Below, in pieces: positions 1 through 9,287 of a stretch of 53,465 nucleotides of DNA; the first letter of the stretch is position 1, and each line of letters begins with the position of its first letter. The stretch is from contig DASTUX010000101.1 in assembly GCA_035759395.1 (NCBI GenBank), positions 1-53,465 of the forward strand, in the 5' to 3' direction. Below the pieces are notes generated by a model. It saw nothing but the letters and a program-made list of their open reading frames with translations, was not told the DNA's origin and ran no database searches. A program made the position numbers and the translations under genes. The stretch is from Nocardioides sp. (lineage in GTDB: Bacteria; Actinomycetota; Actinomycetes; Propionibacteriales; Nocardioidaceae).

Positions 1-750
1 GACGAGGGCTACGAGATCACCGGCCAGAAGATGTGGCTGACCAACGGTGGTACCTCCACCCTGGTGGCCACCCTGGTCAAGACCGACGAGGGCGCCGACT
101 CGGTCTACAAGAACATGACGACCTTCCTGGTGGAGAAGGAGCCCGGCTTCGGCGAGACCGCCCAGGGCGTCACGATCCCCGGCAAGATCGACAAGATGGG
201 CTACAAGGGCGTCGACACCACCGAGGCGATCTTCGAGGGCCACAAGATCTCGGCCGACCAGATCCTGGGTGGCGAGCCGGGCAAGGGTTTCTACCAGATG
301 ATGGACGGCGTCGAGGTCGGCCGCGTCAACGTCGCAGCCCGCGCCTGCGGCATCGCGAACCGGGCCTTCGAGCTCGGCATCGCCTACGCCCAGCAGCGCG
401 AGACGTTCGGCAAGCCGATCGCCCAGCACCAGGCGATCCTGTTCCGCCTGGCGGAGATGGCCACCAAGGTCGAGACCTCGCACTCCATGATGGTCCGCGC
501 CGCCCGCATGAAGGACCGCGGGGAGCGCAACGACGTCGAGGCCGGCATGGCCAAGATGCTGGCCGCGGAGTACTGCAACGAGGTCGTCCAGGACTCGTTC
601 CGCATCCACGGCGGCTACGGCTACTCCAAGGAGTACGAGATCGAGCGCCTCTACCGCGAGGCCGCGTTCATGCTGATCGGCGAGGGCACGTCCGACATCC
701 AGAAGATGATCATCGGCCGCTCGCTGCTCAAGGACTACAAGCTCAAGTAG
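1..750 (+). CDS. acyl-CoA dehydrogenase (5'-partial, runs off window start)
   Basis: Frame open from base 1; ITGQKMWLTNG, YAQQRETFGKPIAQHQ, RIHGGYGYSKEYEIERLYREA and IGEGTSDIQK motifs. Confidence 0.95.
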   Translation, partial: DEGYEITGQKMWLTNGGTSTLVATLVKTDEGADSVYKNMTTFLVEKEPGFGETAQGVTIPGKIDKMGYKGVDTTEAIFEGHKISADQILGGEPGKGFYQMMDGVEVGRVNVAARACGIANRAFELGIAYAQQRETFGKPIAQHQAILFRLAEMATKVETSHSMMVRAARMKDRGERNDVEAGMAKMLAAEYCNEVVQDSFRIHGGYGYSKEYEIERLYREAAFMLIGEGTSDIQKMIIGRSLLKDYKLK

Positions 751-772
751 GCCGCGTGCGCTCCTGGCCTGC

Positions 773-1249
773 TCACCCGACGTCGACGTCCGAGATGGCG
801 TAGCCGACCTCCTCGTCGATCATGTGGTCGTCCTGGTCGACGTAGACCGAGTCGGGGTGGTCCTGTGCTGCCGGCCACTCCACCTGGACGGAGTAGGCGT
901 CGGTGTCGTTGGCCGCGTCGATCACGTCGTTGATGGTGAGCCGGCGGTAGTCGTCGGCGGGGTCGCCCCGGTCGTGGCCGCGCCCGTCATGGGCGTAGAC
1001 CGCGCTGGCGACCTCGCCGGCCACGACCTGCACCCGGATCGGCACGTTGGCGTCGGCGCAGAAGCAGGTGACGCGAAGCGTGTAGGCGTAGTCCGTGGGT
1101 GCGTACGACGGGTAGGTGCCCACGGTCGGCTCGGCAGTCGGCCGGGTGGTCGGCCCGGTTCCCGGATCGATGGCGGTGTCCCCGCCGTCGCTGCCGCAGG
1201 CGCTGAGGACGAAGGTGGCCGCGACGGCGGCGACGAGAGCGGTTCCCAT
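773..1249 (-). CDS. lipoprotein, DUF6174-like
   Basis: Signal peptide with lipobox VLSAC, P/T-rich linker, YTLRVTCFC and IDEEVGY motifs; alternative GTG start at 1270. Confidence 0.7.
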   Translation of the reverse strand: MGTALVAAVAATFVLSACGSDGGDTAIDPGTGPTTRPTAEPTVGTYPSYAPTDYAYTLRVTCFCADANVPIRVQVVAGEVASAVYAHDGRGHDRGDPADDYRRLTINDVIDAANDTDAYSVQVEWPAAQDHPDSVYVDQDDHMIDEEVGYAISDVDVG

Positions 1250-1290
1250 GCCGGTTCGACGTACGGCCACCTCATCCGGTTGCGCCCGTC

Positions 1291-2079
1291 CTAGCCCCGG
1301 GTGATCCGGCGGTAGCGGGCGAGGGCGAGCGGCGCGAAGATCGCGGTCAGCGCCACGCACAGCAGCAGGGTCGCCAGCTCGGGGTGCAGCAGCGGCCACG
1401 CCTCGGACGTCTGCAGGCTCGCGTTGGTGTTGCCGAGCAGCTCCCGGGCCGCCGCGGTGACCGCGCTGATGGGGTTCCACTCGGCGAGGGTCTGCACGAC
1501 CGGCGGCATCCCGGAGGTGGGCACGAACGTGTTGGCCACGAACGTCAGCGGGAACAGCACGATGAAGCCGACTCCCATGACCGCCTCGGGCTCGCTGACG
1601 ATGCACCCGAGCAGCACGCCGAGCCAGGTCATGGAGAGGCTGAACAGCAGCATCAGCGCGATCGCGAGGGCGATGCTGCCTGCGGACTCGTGCGGGCGCC
1701 AGCCGATGACCAGCCCGGTCGCCATCAGGATGACGAGGGTCAGGCAGGTGACGAGCATGTCGCTGGTCACCCGGCCGACCAGCAGGGCCGAGCGCGAGGT
1801 GGGCAGCGCGAGCAGCCGGTCGACGAAGCCCGACTTGCGGTCGTTGGCCAGGCCGAGCGCCGTGCCGAAGCTGGTGAAGGCCAGGGTCTGCACGAAGATC
1901 CCGGGCATCAGGAAGTCGCGGTAGCCGCCCTCCACGGGGATGGCGCCACCGAACACGTAGACGAAGAGCACCGTGAACATGATCGGCTGCACCGTGGCGT
2001 CGAGCAGCCGCTCGGGGTTGCGGCGGATGTGCCACAGGTTGCGGATCGTGAGGGCCCAGCCGTCGCGGACGAGGTTCAT
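1291..2079 (-). CDS. ABC-2 type exporter permease (DrrB family)
   Basis: QPIMFTVLFVYVFGGAI, about 6 TM segments, AEWNPISAV; 4-bp overlap with the ATPase gene. Confidence 0.93.
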   Translation of the reverse strand: MNLVRDGWALTIRNLWHIRRNPERLLDATVQPIMFTVLFVYVFGGAIPVEGGYRDFLMPGIFVQTLAFTSFGTALGLANDRKSGFVDRLLALPTSRSALLVGRVTSDMLVTCLTLVILMATGLVIGWRPHESAGSIALAIALMLLFSLSMTWLGVLLGCIVSEPEAVMGVGFIVLFPLTFVANTFVPTSGMPPVVQTLAEWNPISAVTAAARELLGNTNASLQTSEAWPLLHPELATLLLCVALTAIFAPLALARYRRITRG

Positions 2080-3092
2080 GCGTCGGCTCCTTCAGGAGTG
2101 GCGTCGGCGGTGGTCGGTGCGCCGTTCTCGGCGTGGTGACCGGTGAGCTGGAGGAACACGTCGTCGAGGGTGGGCCGGTGCAGGCCGAGGAAGTCGACCT
2201 CGATCCCGGCGGCGTGCAGGCCCTCGGAGACGCGACCGAGGACGTCGAGCCCGGTCACGGCGGCGGTCACCGCACGCCCGTCCCGGTCCACCTGCGGTGC
2301 CGCGCCGGAGGCAGTGGCCACGATCTCGGCGACCCGCGTCACGTCGGCCGCGTCGGAGGCCGTCACCGCGACGCGCTCGCCGCCGACCTCGCGCTTGAGC
2401 TGGCTCGCGGTGCCCTCGGCGATCACGGAACCGTGGTCGATCACGGCGATCCGGTCGGCGAGGCGGTCGGCCTCCTCGAGGTACTGCGTCGTCAGCAGCA
2501 GGGTGGCGCCGCCGTCGACGAGGCCGGTGAGGACGTCCCACAGGTCGTTGCGGCTGCGCGGGTCGAGCCCGGTGGTCGGCTCGTCGAGCACGAGCAGCTG
2601 CGGGTCGGCGACCAGCGCGGCGGCGAGGTCGAGGCGCCGCCGCATGCCGCCGGAGTACTCCTTGGCGGGCCTGTCCGCCGCCTCGGTGAGGTCGAACTGT
2701 TCGAGGAGCTCGCTCGACCGGCGGCGCCGGGACGCGGCGTCGAGGTGGTAGAGCCGGCCCACCAGCTCGAGGTTCTGCCGCCCGGACAGGATCTCGTCGA
2801 CCGTGGCCGCCTGGCCGGCCAGCCCGATCCGCTTGCGGACCTCGTGCGGCTGGGTGCGTACGTCGTACCCGAGCACGGTCGCGTCGCCGGAGTCGGCGCG
2901 GAGCAGGGTGGTCAGGATCCGGACGGCGGTGGTCTTGCCGGCGCCGTTCGGGCCGAGCACGCCGAGCACGCTGCCCCGGGGGATGTCGAGGTCGATGCCG
3001 CGCAGCGCACGCGTCTCCCCGAAGGACTTGGTCAGGCCGCGGGCGCTGACTGCCATGTCGCCGGACGGGCTGCCCGCTGGTTGGTTGGTCAC
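2076..3092 (-). CDS. ABC exporter ATP-binding protein (DrrA family)
   Basis: Walker A GPNGAGKTT, signature YSGGMRRRL, LDEPTTGLDP, C-terminal PTLDDVFLQLTG; start is GTG 3092 or ATG 3056. Confidence 0.93.
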   Translation of the reverse strand: MTNQPAGSPSGDMAVSARGLTKSFGETRALRGIDLDIPRGSVLGVLGPNGAGKTTAVRILTTLLRADSGDATVLGYDVRTQPHEVRKRIGLAGQAATVDEILSGRQNLELVGRLYHLDAASRRRRSSELLEQFDLTEAADRPAKEYSGGMRRRLDLAAALVADPQLLVLDEPTTGLDPRSRNDLWDVLTGLVDGGATLLLTTQYLEEADRLADRIAVIDHGSVIAEGTASQLKREVGGERVAVTASDAADVTRVAEIVATASGAAPQVDRDGRAVTAAVTGLDVLGRVSEGLHAAGIEVDFLGLHRPTLDDVFLQLTGHHAENGAPTTADATPEGADA

Positions 3093-3195
3093 GCGGACCA
3101 GCGAACCACACGCCCGGTCGTTGGCACCGTCGATATCTGTCGACGTGGCCGGGGTGGGGGTGTCAGGGTGGGGGCACCTACCCGGAGGAGAGACG

Positions 3196-3384
3196 ATGCC
3201 TGACTCGAACAGCGCCAACGACGACATCAAGGCACGGATGCGCGAGGCGCTCGACCGCAAGAAGTCCAACGACCAGGGCGTGCCAGTGGACGGACCGGTC
3301 AAGGAGAAGGCGCACGGCTCCGAGGTCACCGGTGGCGCCGGCCCGAAGATGCACCGGCGAAAGGCCGGCGGCGGGGGCTCCTGA
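3196..3384 (+). CDS. small basic protein, DUF5302-like
   Basis: GGAGGAG RBS then ATG 3196; KARMREALDRKK and HRRKAG motifs. Confidence 0.8.
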   Translation: MPDSNSANDDIKARMREALDRKKSNDQGVPVDGPVKEKAHGSEVTGGAGPKMHRRKAGGGGS

Positions 3385-3397
3385 TCGCGTCGTGACA

Positions 3398-3437
3398 AAC
3401 CCCACCCGTCCATTCGGTGTCCGGACGGGTGGGGGTT
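3398..3437 (+). terminator. putative stem-loop terminator
   Basis: AACCCCACCCGTCC and GGACGGGTGGGGGTT inverted repeat just after the 3384 stop. Confidence 0.6.
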
Positions 3438-3481
3438 CGGCACGATAGGGCGGAACCGTCCGCCAGCAGAAGGAGTACGTC

Positions 3482-4015
3482 GTGCAGTTCGGCCGCAGCT
3501 ACGAGGAGTTCGAGGTCGGGGCGACGTACAAGCACTGGCCCGGCAAGACGGTCACCGAGTTCGACGACCACATGTTCTGCCTCCTGACGATGAACCACCA
3601 CCCGCTGCACCTCGACACCAACTACGCCGAGGAGACCACCCAGTTCGGCAAGAACGTCGTGGTCGGCAACTACGTCTACTCGATCCTGCTCGGCATGTCG
3701 GTCCCCGACATCTCCGGCAAGGCGATCGCCAACCTCGAGATCGAGTCGCTGCGCCACGTCGCACCGACCTTCCACGGTGACACGCTCTACGGCGAGACCA
3801 CGGTGCTGGACAAGTGGGAGTCGAAGTCGAAGGACGACCGCGGCGTGGTCCACGTGGAGACGATCGGCTACAACCAGGACGGCAAGGTCGTGTGCATCTT
3901 CCGCCGCAAGGTGATGGTGCCCAAGGACAGCTACCTCGAGGCTCGCGGCGGCGAGCAGCCCGGCCGCCCGGTCCCGCAGCCCGACAAGAACTGGCCGGGA
4001 GCCACGTCCGACTGA
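3482..4015 (+). CDS. MaoC family dehydratase
   Basis: GRSYEEFEVG, MNHHPLHLD, APTFHGDTL hot-dog fold motifs; AAGGAG RBS. Confidence 0.93.
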   Translation: MQFGRSYEEFEVGATYKHWPGKTVTEFDDHMFCLLTMNHHPLHLDTNYAEETTQFGKNVVVGNYVYSILLGMSVPDISGKAIANLEIESLRHVAPTFHGDTLYGETTVLDKWESKSKDDRGVVHVETIGYNQDGKVVCIFRRKVMVPKDSYLEARGGEQPGRPVPQPDKNWPGATSD

Positions 4016-4079
4016 CGCGGGATTCGTCACACCGACGCCGGTTTGCACGGCGCGGTGCGACTTTGGCAGGGTCGAACGA

Positions 4080-5573
4080 GTGACTGACCAGACCCAGACC
4101 ATCGCATCCGAGGGCGCACCAGAGCGCGCCCCCGAGCCCGCCGACCGCGGCTTCTTCGGCCAGCCCCGCGTCCTCGCCAACCTGTTCGGCGTGGAGATGT
4201 GGGAGCGCTTCAGCTTCTACGGCATGCAGGGCATCGTCCTGCTCTACCTCTACTACTCCGTGGCCGACGGCGGCCTGGGGATGGACGAGGGCACCGCCAG
4301 CGCGGTGATCGGTGCGTACGGCGGTCTCGTCTACCTCTCCACCATCCCGGGAGCCTGGCTGGCCGACAGAGTCCTCGGCTCGGAGCGGACGCTGTTCTAC
4401 AGCGCCTGCCTGATCATGCTCGGCCACCTGGCGCTGAGCCTGCTGCCCGGCTACACCGGCGTGGTCGCCGGCCTGCTGATGGTCGGCGTCGGCTCGGGTG
4501 GTCTCAAGGCGAACGCCACCGCGCTCGTCGGCAGCCTCTACGCCAAGGACGACGAGCGCCGCGACGCGGGCTTCTCGCTGTTCTACCTCGGCATCAACCT
4601 CGGCGCGCTGTTCGGCCCGCTGCTCACCGGCCTGCTGCAGCAGGAGATCGGCTTCCACGTCGGCTTCGCCGCCGCCGCGGTCGGCATGTTCCTCGGCCTG
4701 GTGCAGTACACGCTCGGCCGCAACAAGCTCCCCGAGTCCGCCCACGAGGTGCACAACCCGCTGCCGGCCGCCGAGCGCCCGAAGGTCGTCGCGGGCTCGC
4801 TCGCCGTCGTCGCCGCGGTGGTCGCGCTGGTCCTGACCGGGTTCGTCACCGCCGAGAACCTCGCCACCTGGGTCATCTGGGCCACCGTCGTCGGCGCCGT
4901 CGCGCTGTTCCTGCGGATCATCACCAGCAAGAAGGTCGACGCCGTCGAGCGCGGCCGGGTGTGGGCGTTCGTCCCGATGTTCGTCGCGAGCGTGGCGTTC
5001 TGGTCGCTCTACCAGCAGCAGTTCACCGTGGTCACGATCTACTCCGACAGCCGGCTGAACCGCGACCTGTTCGGCTGGGAGATGCCCGTCTCGTGGGTGC
5101 AGTCGGTCAACCCGGTCTTCATCATCGCCCTCGCCGGTGTCTTCGCCGCGATGTGGACGAAGCTGGGCCCGAAGCAGCCGTCGACCCCGATGAAGTTCGC
5201 CCTCGGTACGGCGATCATGGGCGTCGCGTTCCTGCTCTTCATCCCGATGGCCGGTGGCGGCGCCAACAGTGCCCCGCTGCTCGGCCTGATCGGGATCCTG
5301 CTGGTCTTCACGATCGCGGAGCTGCTGCTCTCGCCCGTGGGCCTGTCGCTGGCCACCAAGCTCGCGCCCGAGGCGTTCCGGACCCAGATGGTGTCGCTGT
5401 TCTTCCTCTCGATCGCGCTCGGCTCGGTGCTGGCGGGCTACCTCGGCAAGTTCTACTCGGCCGACCACGAGGCGTCGTACTTCGGCGTCCTCGGCCTGAT
5501 CTCCGTCGCGGTGGGTGTGGCGCTCGCGGCGTTCACGAAGCCGATCCGACGCCTGATGGCCGGGGTGCACTGA
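4080..5573 (+). CDS. proton-dependent oligopeptide transporter (POT/PTR family)
   Basis: EMWERFSFYGM signature, RRDAGFSLFYLGINLG, ELLLSPVG; many TM segments. Confidence 0.95.
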   Translation: MTDQTQTIASEGAPERAPEPADRGFFGQPRVLANLFGVEMWERFSFYGMQGIVLLYLYYSVADGGLGMDEGTASAVIGAYGGLVYLSTIPGAWLADRVLGSERTLFYSACLIMLGHLALSLLPGYTGVVAGLLMVGVGSGGLKANATALVGSLYAKDDERRDAGFSLFYLGINLGALFGPLLTGLLQQEIGFHVGFAAAAVGMFLGLVQYTLGRNKLPESAHEVHNPLPAAERPKVVAGSLAVVAAVVALVLTGFVTAENLATWVIWATVVGAVALFLRIITSKKVDAVERGRVWAFVPMFVASVAFWSLYQQQFTVVTIYSDSRLNRDLFGWEMPVSWVQSVNPVFIIALAGVFAAMWTKLGPKQPSTPMKFALGTAIMGVAFLLFIPMAGGGANSAPLLGLIGILLVFTIAELLLSPVGLSLATKLAPEAFRTQMVSLFFLSIALGSVLAGYLGKFYSADHEASYFGVLGLISVAVGVALAAFTKPIRRLMAGVH

Positions 5574-6735
5574 CCGGCGCCCCACCGGCGCCGGCGAAGG
5601 CGCGCGCGAGCGGCAGGATCCCGAGGATCAGCACCATCGGGACCGCGAAGCCGACGCGCAGGGAGCCCGCGCCGACCAGTCCGGTGAGCACTGCCCCGAG
5701 CAGTGCCCCGACGTAGTTGAACTGGTTGAAGCGGGCGATCACCGCGTCCACCCGGGCCTGGCGCACGGCGGGGTCGACCTCGACCCCGCCGGCGATCCGG
5801 GCTGCAGCCGAGAAGCTGAGCGGCGCGATGACGGCCACCCCGGCGCCGAGCAGGGTGAAGCCGAGCACCGCCACCGGCCAGGTGGGCGCGAAGACGACCA
5901 CGGCCAGCGCGGCGCTCGCGACGAGGGCACCGACCCGCAGCACCAGCACCGCGCCGTACCTCCCGACCAGCCGGTCGCCTGCGAGGCGCAGGCCGCCGCT
6001 GGCCAGCAGGTAGGGGAAGGTCGCGAGCGCGACCAGGCCGGACGGAGTGTCGAAGGTGCGGTCGAGGTACGTCGGTCCCCACGTCGCCGCCGCCGTGTCG
6101 ACCATGTAGAAGAGCACCATGCCGAGCCCGACGAGCAGGATCGGCCGCCACGGCACGGCGACCGCCGCTGCGTCCACGGTGGGCTCGGTGGCCGGGCCGT
6201 GGTCGCGGCGCAGGAACGGCGCTGCCAGCAGCGCGAGGGGTACGACGGCCACGGCGGCCGTCGCGGACAGCGGCAGGCCGCCGGTGGCCAGGGTGAGGGC
6301 GGCGCCGGCGACCCCGCCGAGCGTCCACGCACCGTGGAACGACGGCAGGATCGGCCGCCCGTAGCGGTGCTCGAGGGCGACCGCCTGCATGTTCGTCGAC
6401 GCGTCCACGACGCCCAGGCCCACGCCGTAGACCGCGAGCCCGCCGACGAAGACGGCAGCCTCCGGTGCGGTGGTGAGGACGGGCACCGCGACGGTGACCA
6501 GGCCCAGTCCCAGCCGCAGCAGCGCGGCGCTGTCGAGCCGTCGGGCGAGGGACTCGGAGGCCACGGAGCCGACCCCGGCGAGCAGGACCATCATCAGCAG
6601 GAGCAGGGAGAGGTCGAGCTCGGAGAGGTCCCAGCGCTCGGAGAAGTCGGGCAGCCGGGTCGTCAGGCTGATGAAGACCAGCCCCTGGGCCAGGAAGGCC
6701 GCCGCCGCAGCGGCACGGGCCCGGCGCGGCGTCAT
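5533..6735 (-). CDS. MFS transporter
   Basis: About 12 hydrophobic segments, DASTNMQAV and SFHGAWTLG motifs; 3' end overlaps the convergent POT gene by 41 bp. Confidence 0.88.
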   Translation of the reverse strand: MTPRRARAAAAAAFLAQGLVFISLTTRLPDFSERWDLSELDLSLLLLMMVLLAGVGSVASESLARRLDSAALLRLGLGLVTVAVPVLTTAPEAAVFVGGLAVYGVGLGVVDASTNMQAVALEHRYGRPILPSFHGAWTLGGVAGAALTLATGGLPLSATAAVAVVPLALLAAPFLRRDHGPATEPTVDAAAVAVPWRPILLVGLGMVLFYMVDTAAATWGPTYLDRTFDTPSGLVALATFPYLLASGGLRLAGDRLVGRYGAVLVLRVGALVASAALAVVVFAPTWPVAVLGFTLLGAGVAVIAPLSFSAAARIAGGVEVDPAVRQARVDAVIARFNQFNYVGALLGAVLTGLVGAGSLRVGFAVPMVLILGILPLARAFAGAGGAPVSAPRPSGVGSAS

Positions 6736-6808
6736 GGGCAGATCGTGGCACAACCGCCGGATCGCCGGGCACGAGCGGGAGAACCCGCGGGGTGTCACAC
6801 TCGCCACC

Positions 6809-7381
6809 ATGAATGACGGTGACACCGCGGAGGTCTGGGTCGTGCGCCACGGGGAGACGGAGTGGAGCCGCAGCGGCCGGCACACGTCGACCACGGACCT
6901 GCCGCTGCTGCCCGACGGAGAGCGGGTCGCCAGCGGCCTGGGCGACCGGCTCGCCGGCACCGAGTTCGCTCTGGTGCTCACCAGCCCCCGGGCCCGGGCG
7001 CGGGCCACGGCCACGCTCGCCGGGCACCCCGACGCCGAGGTCGACCCGGATCTCGCCGAGTGGGCGTACGGCGACTACGAGGGCGTCACGACCGCGCAGA
7101 TCAGGGAGACCGTGCCCGGCTGGACCGTCTGGTCGCACCCCTGTCCCGGCGGCGAGGCGGCGCAGGACGTGCAGCACCGTCTGGACCGGGTGGTGGACCG
7201 GGTGCGGGCAGCGGGCGGACCGGTGCTGGTCTTCGGCCACGGCCACGCCCTGCGGGCGTTCACCGCGCGCTGGCTGGGGCTGCCGGTGACCGAGGGCCGG
7301 CTGTTCCGCCTCGACACGGCCACGCTGTCGGTGCTCGGGCACGAGCGGGAGTCGCCGGTCGTGCTGCGCTGGAACTCTTAG
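6809..7381 (+). CDS. histidine phosphatase family protein
   Basis: RHGETEWS, LAEWAYGDYEG, FGHGH motifs. Confidence 0.92.
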   Translation: MNDGDTAEVWVVRHGETEWSRSGRHTSTTDLPLLPDGERVASGLGDRLAGTEFALVLTSPRARARATATLAGHPDAEVDPDLAEWAYGDYEGVTTAQIRETVPGWTVWSHPCPGGEAAQDVQHRLDRVVDRVRAAGGPVLVFGHGHALRAFTARWLGLPVTEGRLFRLDTATLSVLGHERESPVVLRWNS

Positions 7382-7431
7382 GGAGCCGGGCAACTCTTGA
7401 CGCGCGGGGACCCGCCCTCCACCGTTGACTC

Positions 7432-8073
7432 ATGTCGCTCGCGGCGGGGTGCCCGCGCTGCCCGACCCCCCTCGTCGAGACCGAGTCGGGACCGGGCTGG
7501 TCCTGCCCTGCCCACGGCCCCGTCGCCCCGCTCTGGCGCCCGACCGAGGCGTCGTACGACGCGTTCGCCGACCACCTCCGCAGGTCGCGGTCGTTCCCGA
7601 CCTACCTGCCCTGGCCGATCAGCCCCGGGTGGTCGGTCACCGACTTCGGCGTCGTGGCATCGGGCCAGGGTCGTCCCGCGGCCACCATGACCTGCAGCTC
7701 GGGGACGAGCGAGGCAGACGGACCCGTCGACATCGTCGTCGTCACCGAGGAGCCCGGCACCGGGCTGGGAGCGCGCTGCGCCGGACTGGCCGGTGACGGG
7801 CCGGGCCAGGACGTGGGCAGCGGGCCACCCGTGGTCCGGGTGCACCTCGAGGCCAAGAGCGTGCCGCTCTGGGTGGTCTCGACGAGCGCCGCGGACGAGC
7901 GGTTCGACCGGTCAGTGGTCGCCGGCGAGGCCGGCGGCCGGTGGCTGTGGGTCGTGCTGCGGCCGGCCGCGGCGGTGCTGCTCCTGAGCGACGACTGGAT
8001 TCTGCGCGACGTCTCCGCGCTCGGCCCGCCGCTGCTCGACATGCCGTTCGGGGGGCCCAGGCCGTTCGCCTGA
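7432..8073 (+). CDS. DUF6758-like conserved actinobacterial protein
   Basis: N-terminal CPRC...CPAHG, LPWP, VTEEPGTGLGARCAGL, AGEAGGRWLW. Confidence 0.75.
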   Translation: MSLAAGCPRCPTPLVETESGPGWSCPAHGPVAPLWRPTEASYDAFADHLRRSRSFPTYLPWPISPGWSVTDFGVVASGQGRPAATMTCSSGTSEADGPVDIVVVTEEPGTGLGARCAGLAGDGPGQDVGSGPPVVRVHLEAKSVPLWVVSTSAADERFDRSVVAGEAGGRWLWVVLRPAAAVLLLSDDWILRDVSALGPPLLDMPFGGPRPFA

Positions 8074-8092
8074 GCCCCTCCGGGCGGCCGTG

Positions 8093-8848
8093 CTAGCGGA
8101 CGGCGCCGCGCAGCAGCGACAGGTGCAGCTGCGTGGCTTGCGGCGACGGGTCCGCGCCGAGCTCCTCGGCGAGGCGAGTCCGGTAGGACTCGAAGACCCG
8201 CAGCGCGCTGCCGACCTCTCCGAGCTCGGCGTACGCCGTCATCAGCGACCGGTGCGGTCCCTCGGACGAGGGGTTCGCGCGGATCGCCAGGGTGGCGAAC
8301 TCGATGGCCTGACGGAACTGGCCGAGCTCGACCGAGCTCTGCGCTGCGTCCGTCAGCATCTGGTGCCGGGCGTCGATCAGCAGGTTGCGCTGCAGGCTGG
8401 CCCAGTCGCTGTCGTCGTCGTACGCGTGGAAGTCGCCCCGGTACAGCCGCTCACCCGCTTCCGCGAGGGCGATGACCGAGTACGGGTCCCGGCGCAGCGC
8501 AGCACGCTGCGACTGGTGGTGGACCGACACGAACTCACCCACATCCACCCAGCAGCCCCGCAGGACGAGGTGGCCCGGTTGACGCTCGATGCAGTTGACC
8601 CCCATGGCGTGGCGGATCTGGCTGGCAGCCGTTCTGAGGCTGGCGCGTGCCCGGTCGGGGCTGGCGTCCGGCCACAGCTTGGCGATCAGCGCCGGACTGC
8701 GAACGGCATGGCCGTTGTCCAGCGCCAGGAGCCGGAGCAGGTCCCGGGTCTTGCCCGTGCGCCAGTCGTGATTGTCGATCAGGCATCCGTCGTGACGACG
8801 GACCCCCCAGTCCCCGAGCAGTCGGATTTCAATGGTTGTTGCAGTCAT
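8093..8848 (-). CDS. SARP/AfsR-type regulator (wHTH + BTAD)
   Basis: IRLLG...LLRLLAL...KLWPDASPDRARASLR (OmpR-like wHTH); WVDV, LYRGDF, LAEELGADPSP (BTAD). Confidence 0.88.
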   Translation of the reverse strand: MTATTIEIRLLGDWGVRRHDGCLIDNHDWRTGKTRDLLRLLALDNGHAVRSPALIAKLWPDASPDRARASLRTAASQIRHAMGVNCIERQPGHLVLRGCWVDVGEFVSVHHQSQRAALRRDPYSVIALAEAGERLYRGDFHAYDDDSDWASLQRNLLIDARHQMLTDAAQSSVELGQFRQAIEFATLAIRANPSSEGPHRSLMTAYAELGEVGSALRVFESYRTRLAEELGADPSPQATQLHLSLLRGAVR

Positions 8849-9287
8849 GATCCCCCCCAGCGAGAGACCCCCATGTACCCCAAGTCCATCCCCCAATGGA
8901 CTACGGCGTGGTGCATGCCGTCGTTTGCGAAGTTACACCGACGCCGCGCGACGACGTACGGCAATCAACGAAAGCCTTGCCATCCTGAGGCGTGGCGTTG
9001 CCGAAAATTTGACGTTCTGTTGAACCCCTGTGGCTCAGGGATGCCGTCGGTTGGTGGACCTGTCACGGAACTTTGATGGGCCGGTTCCACGCTTGTTGCA
9101 AGCCGGTGACCAGATGGCTGACACCCCCACTCCGTCTCGATCGCCAGCCAGGAGGGGCCCACCCGTCGAGAGGCGGGGGGGCCCCTCCGCCGAGCCGGTA
9201 CCCAATTCTGGGTGACCTCCGGCTCCACGCCTGCTGGAGCGGTCGTGCGGACCGACGATGTGCCTGGGGGCCACGAGAGGGACGAAC

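Noticed and set aside
1291-3092. DrrAB-type exporter as sign of an antibiotic biosynthetic cluster
   Set aside because: No PKS, NRPS or RiPP genes nearby; such exporters are common in actinobacteria
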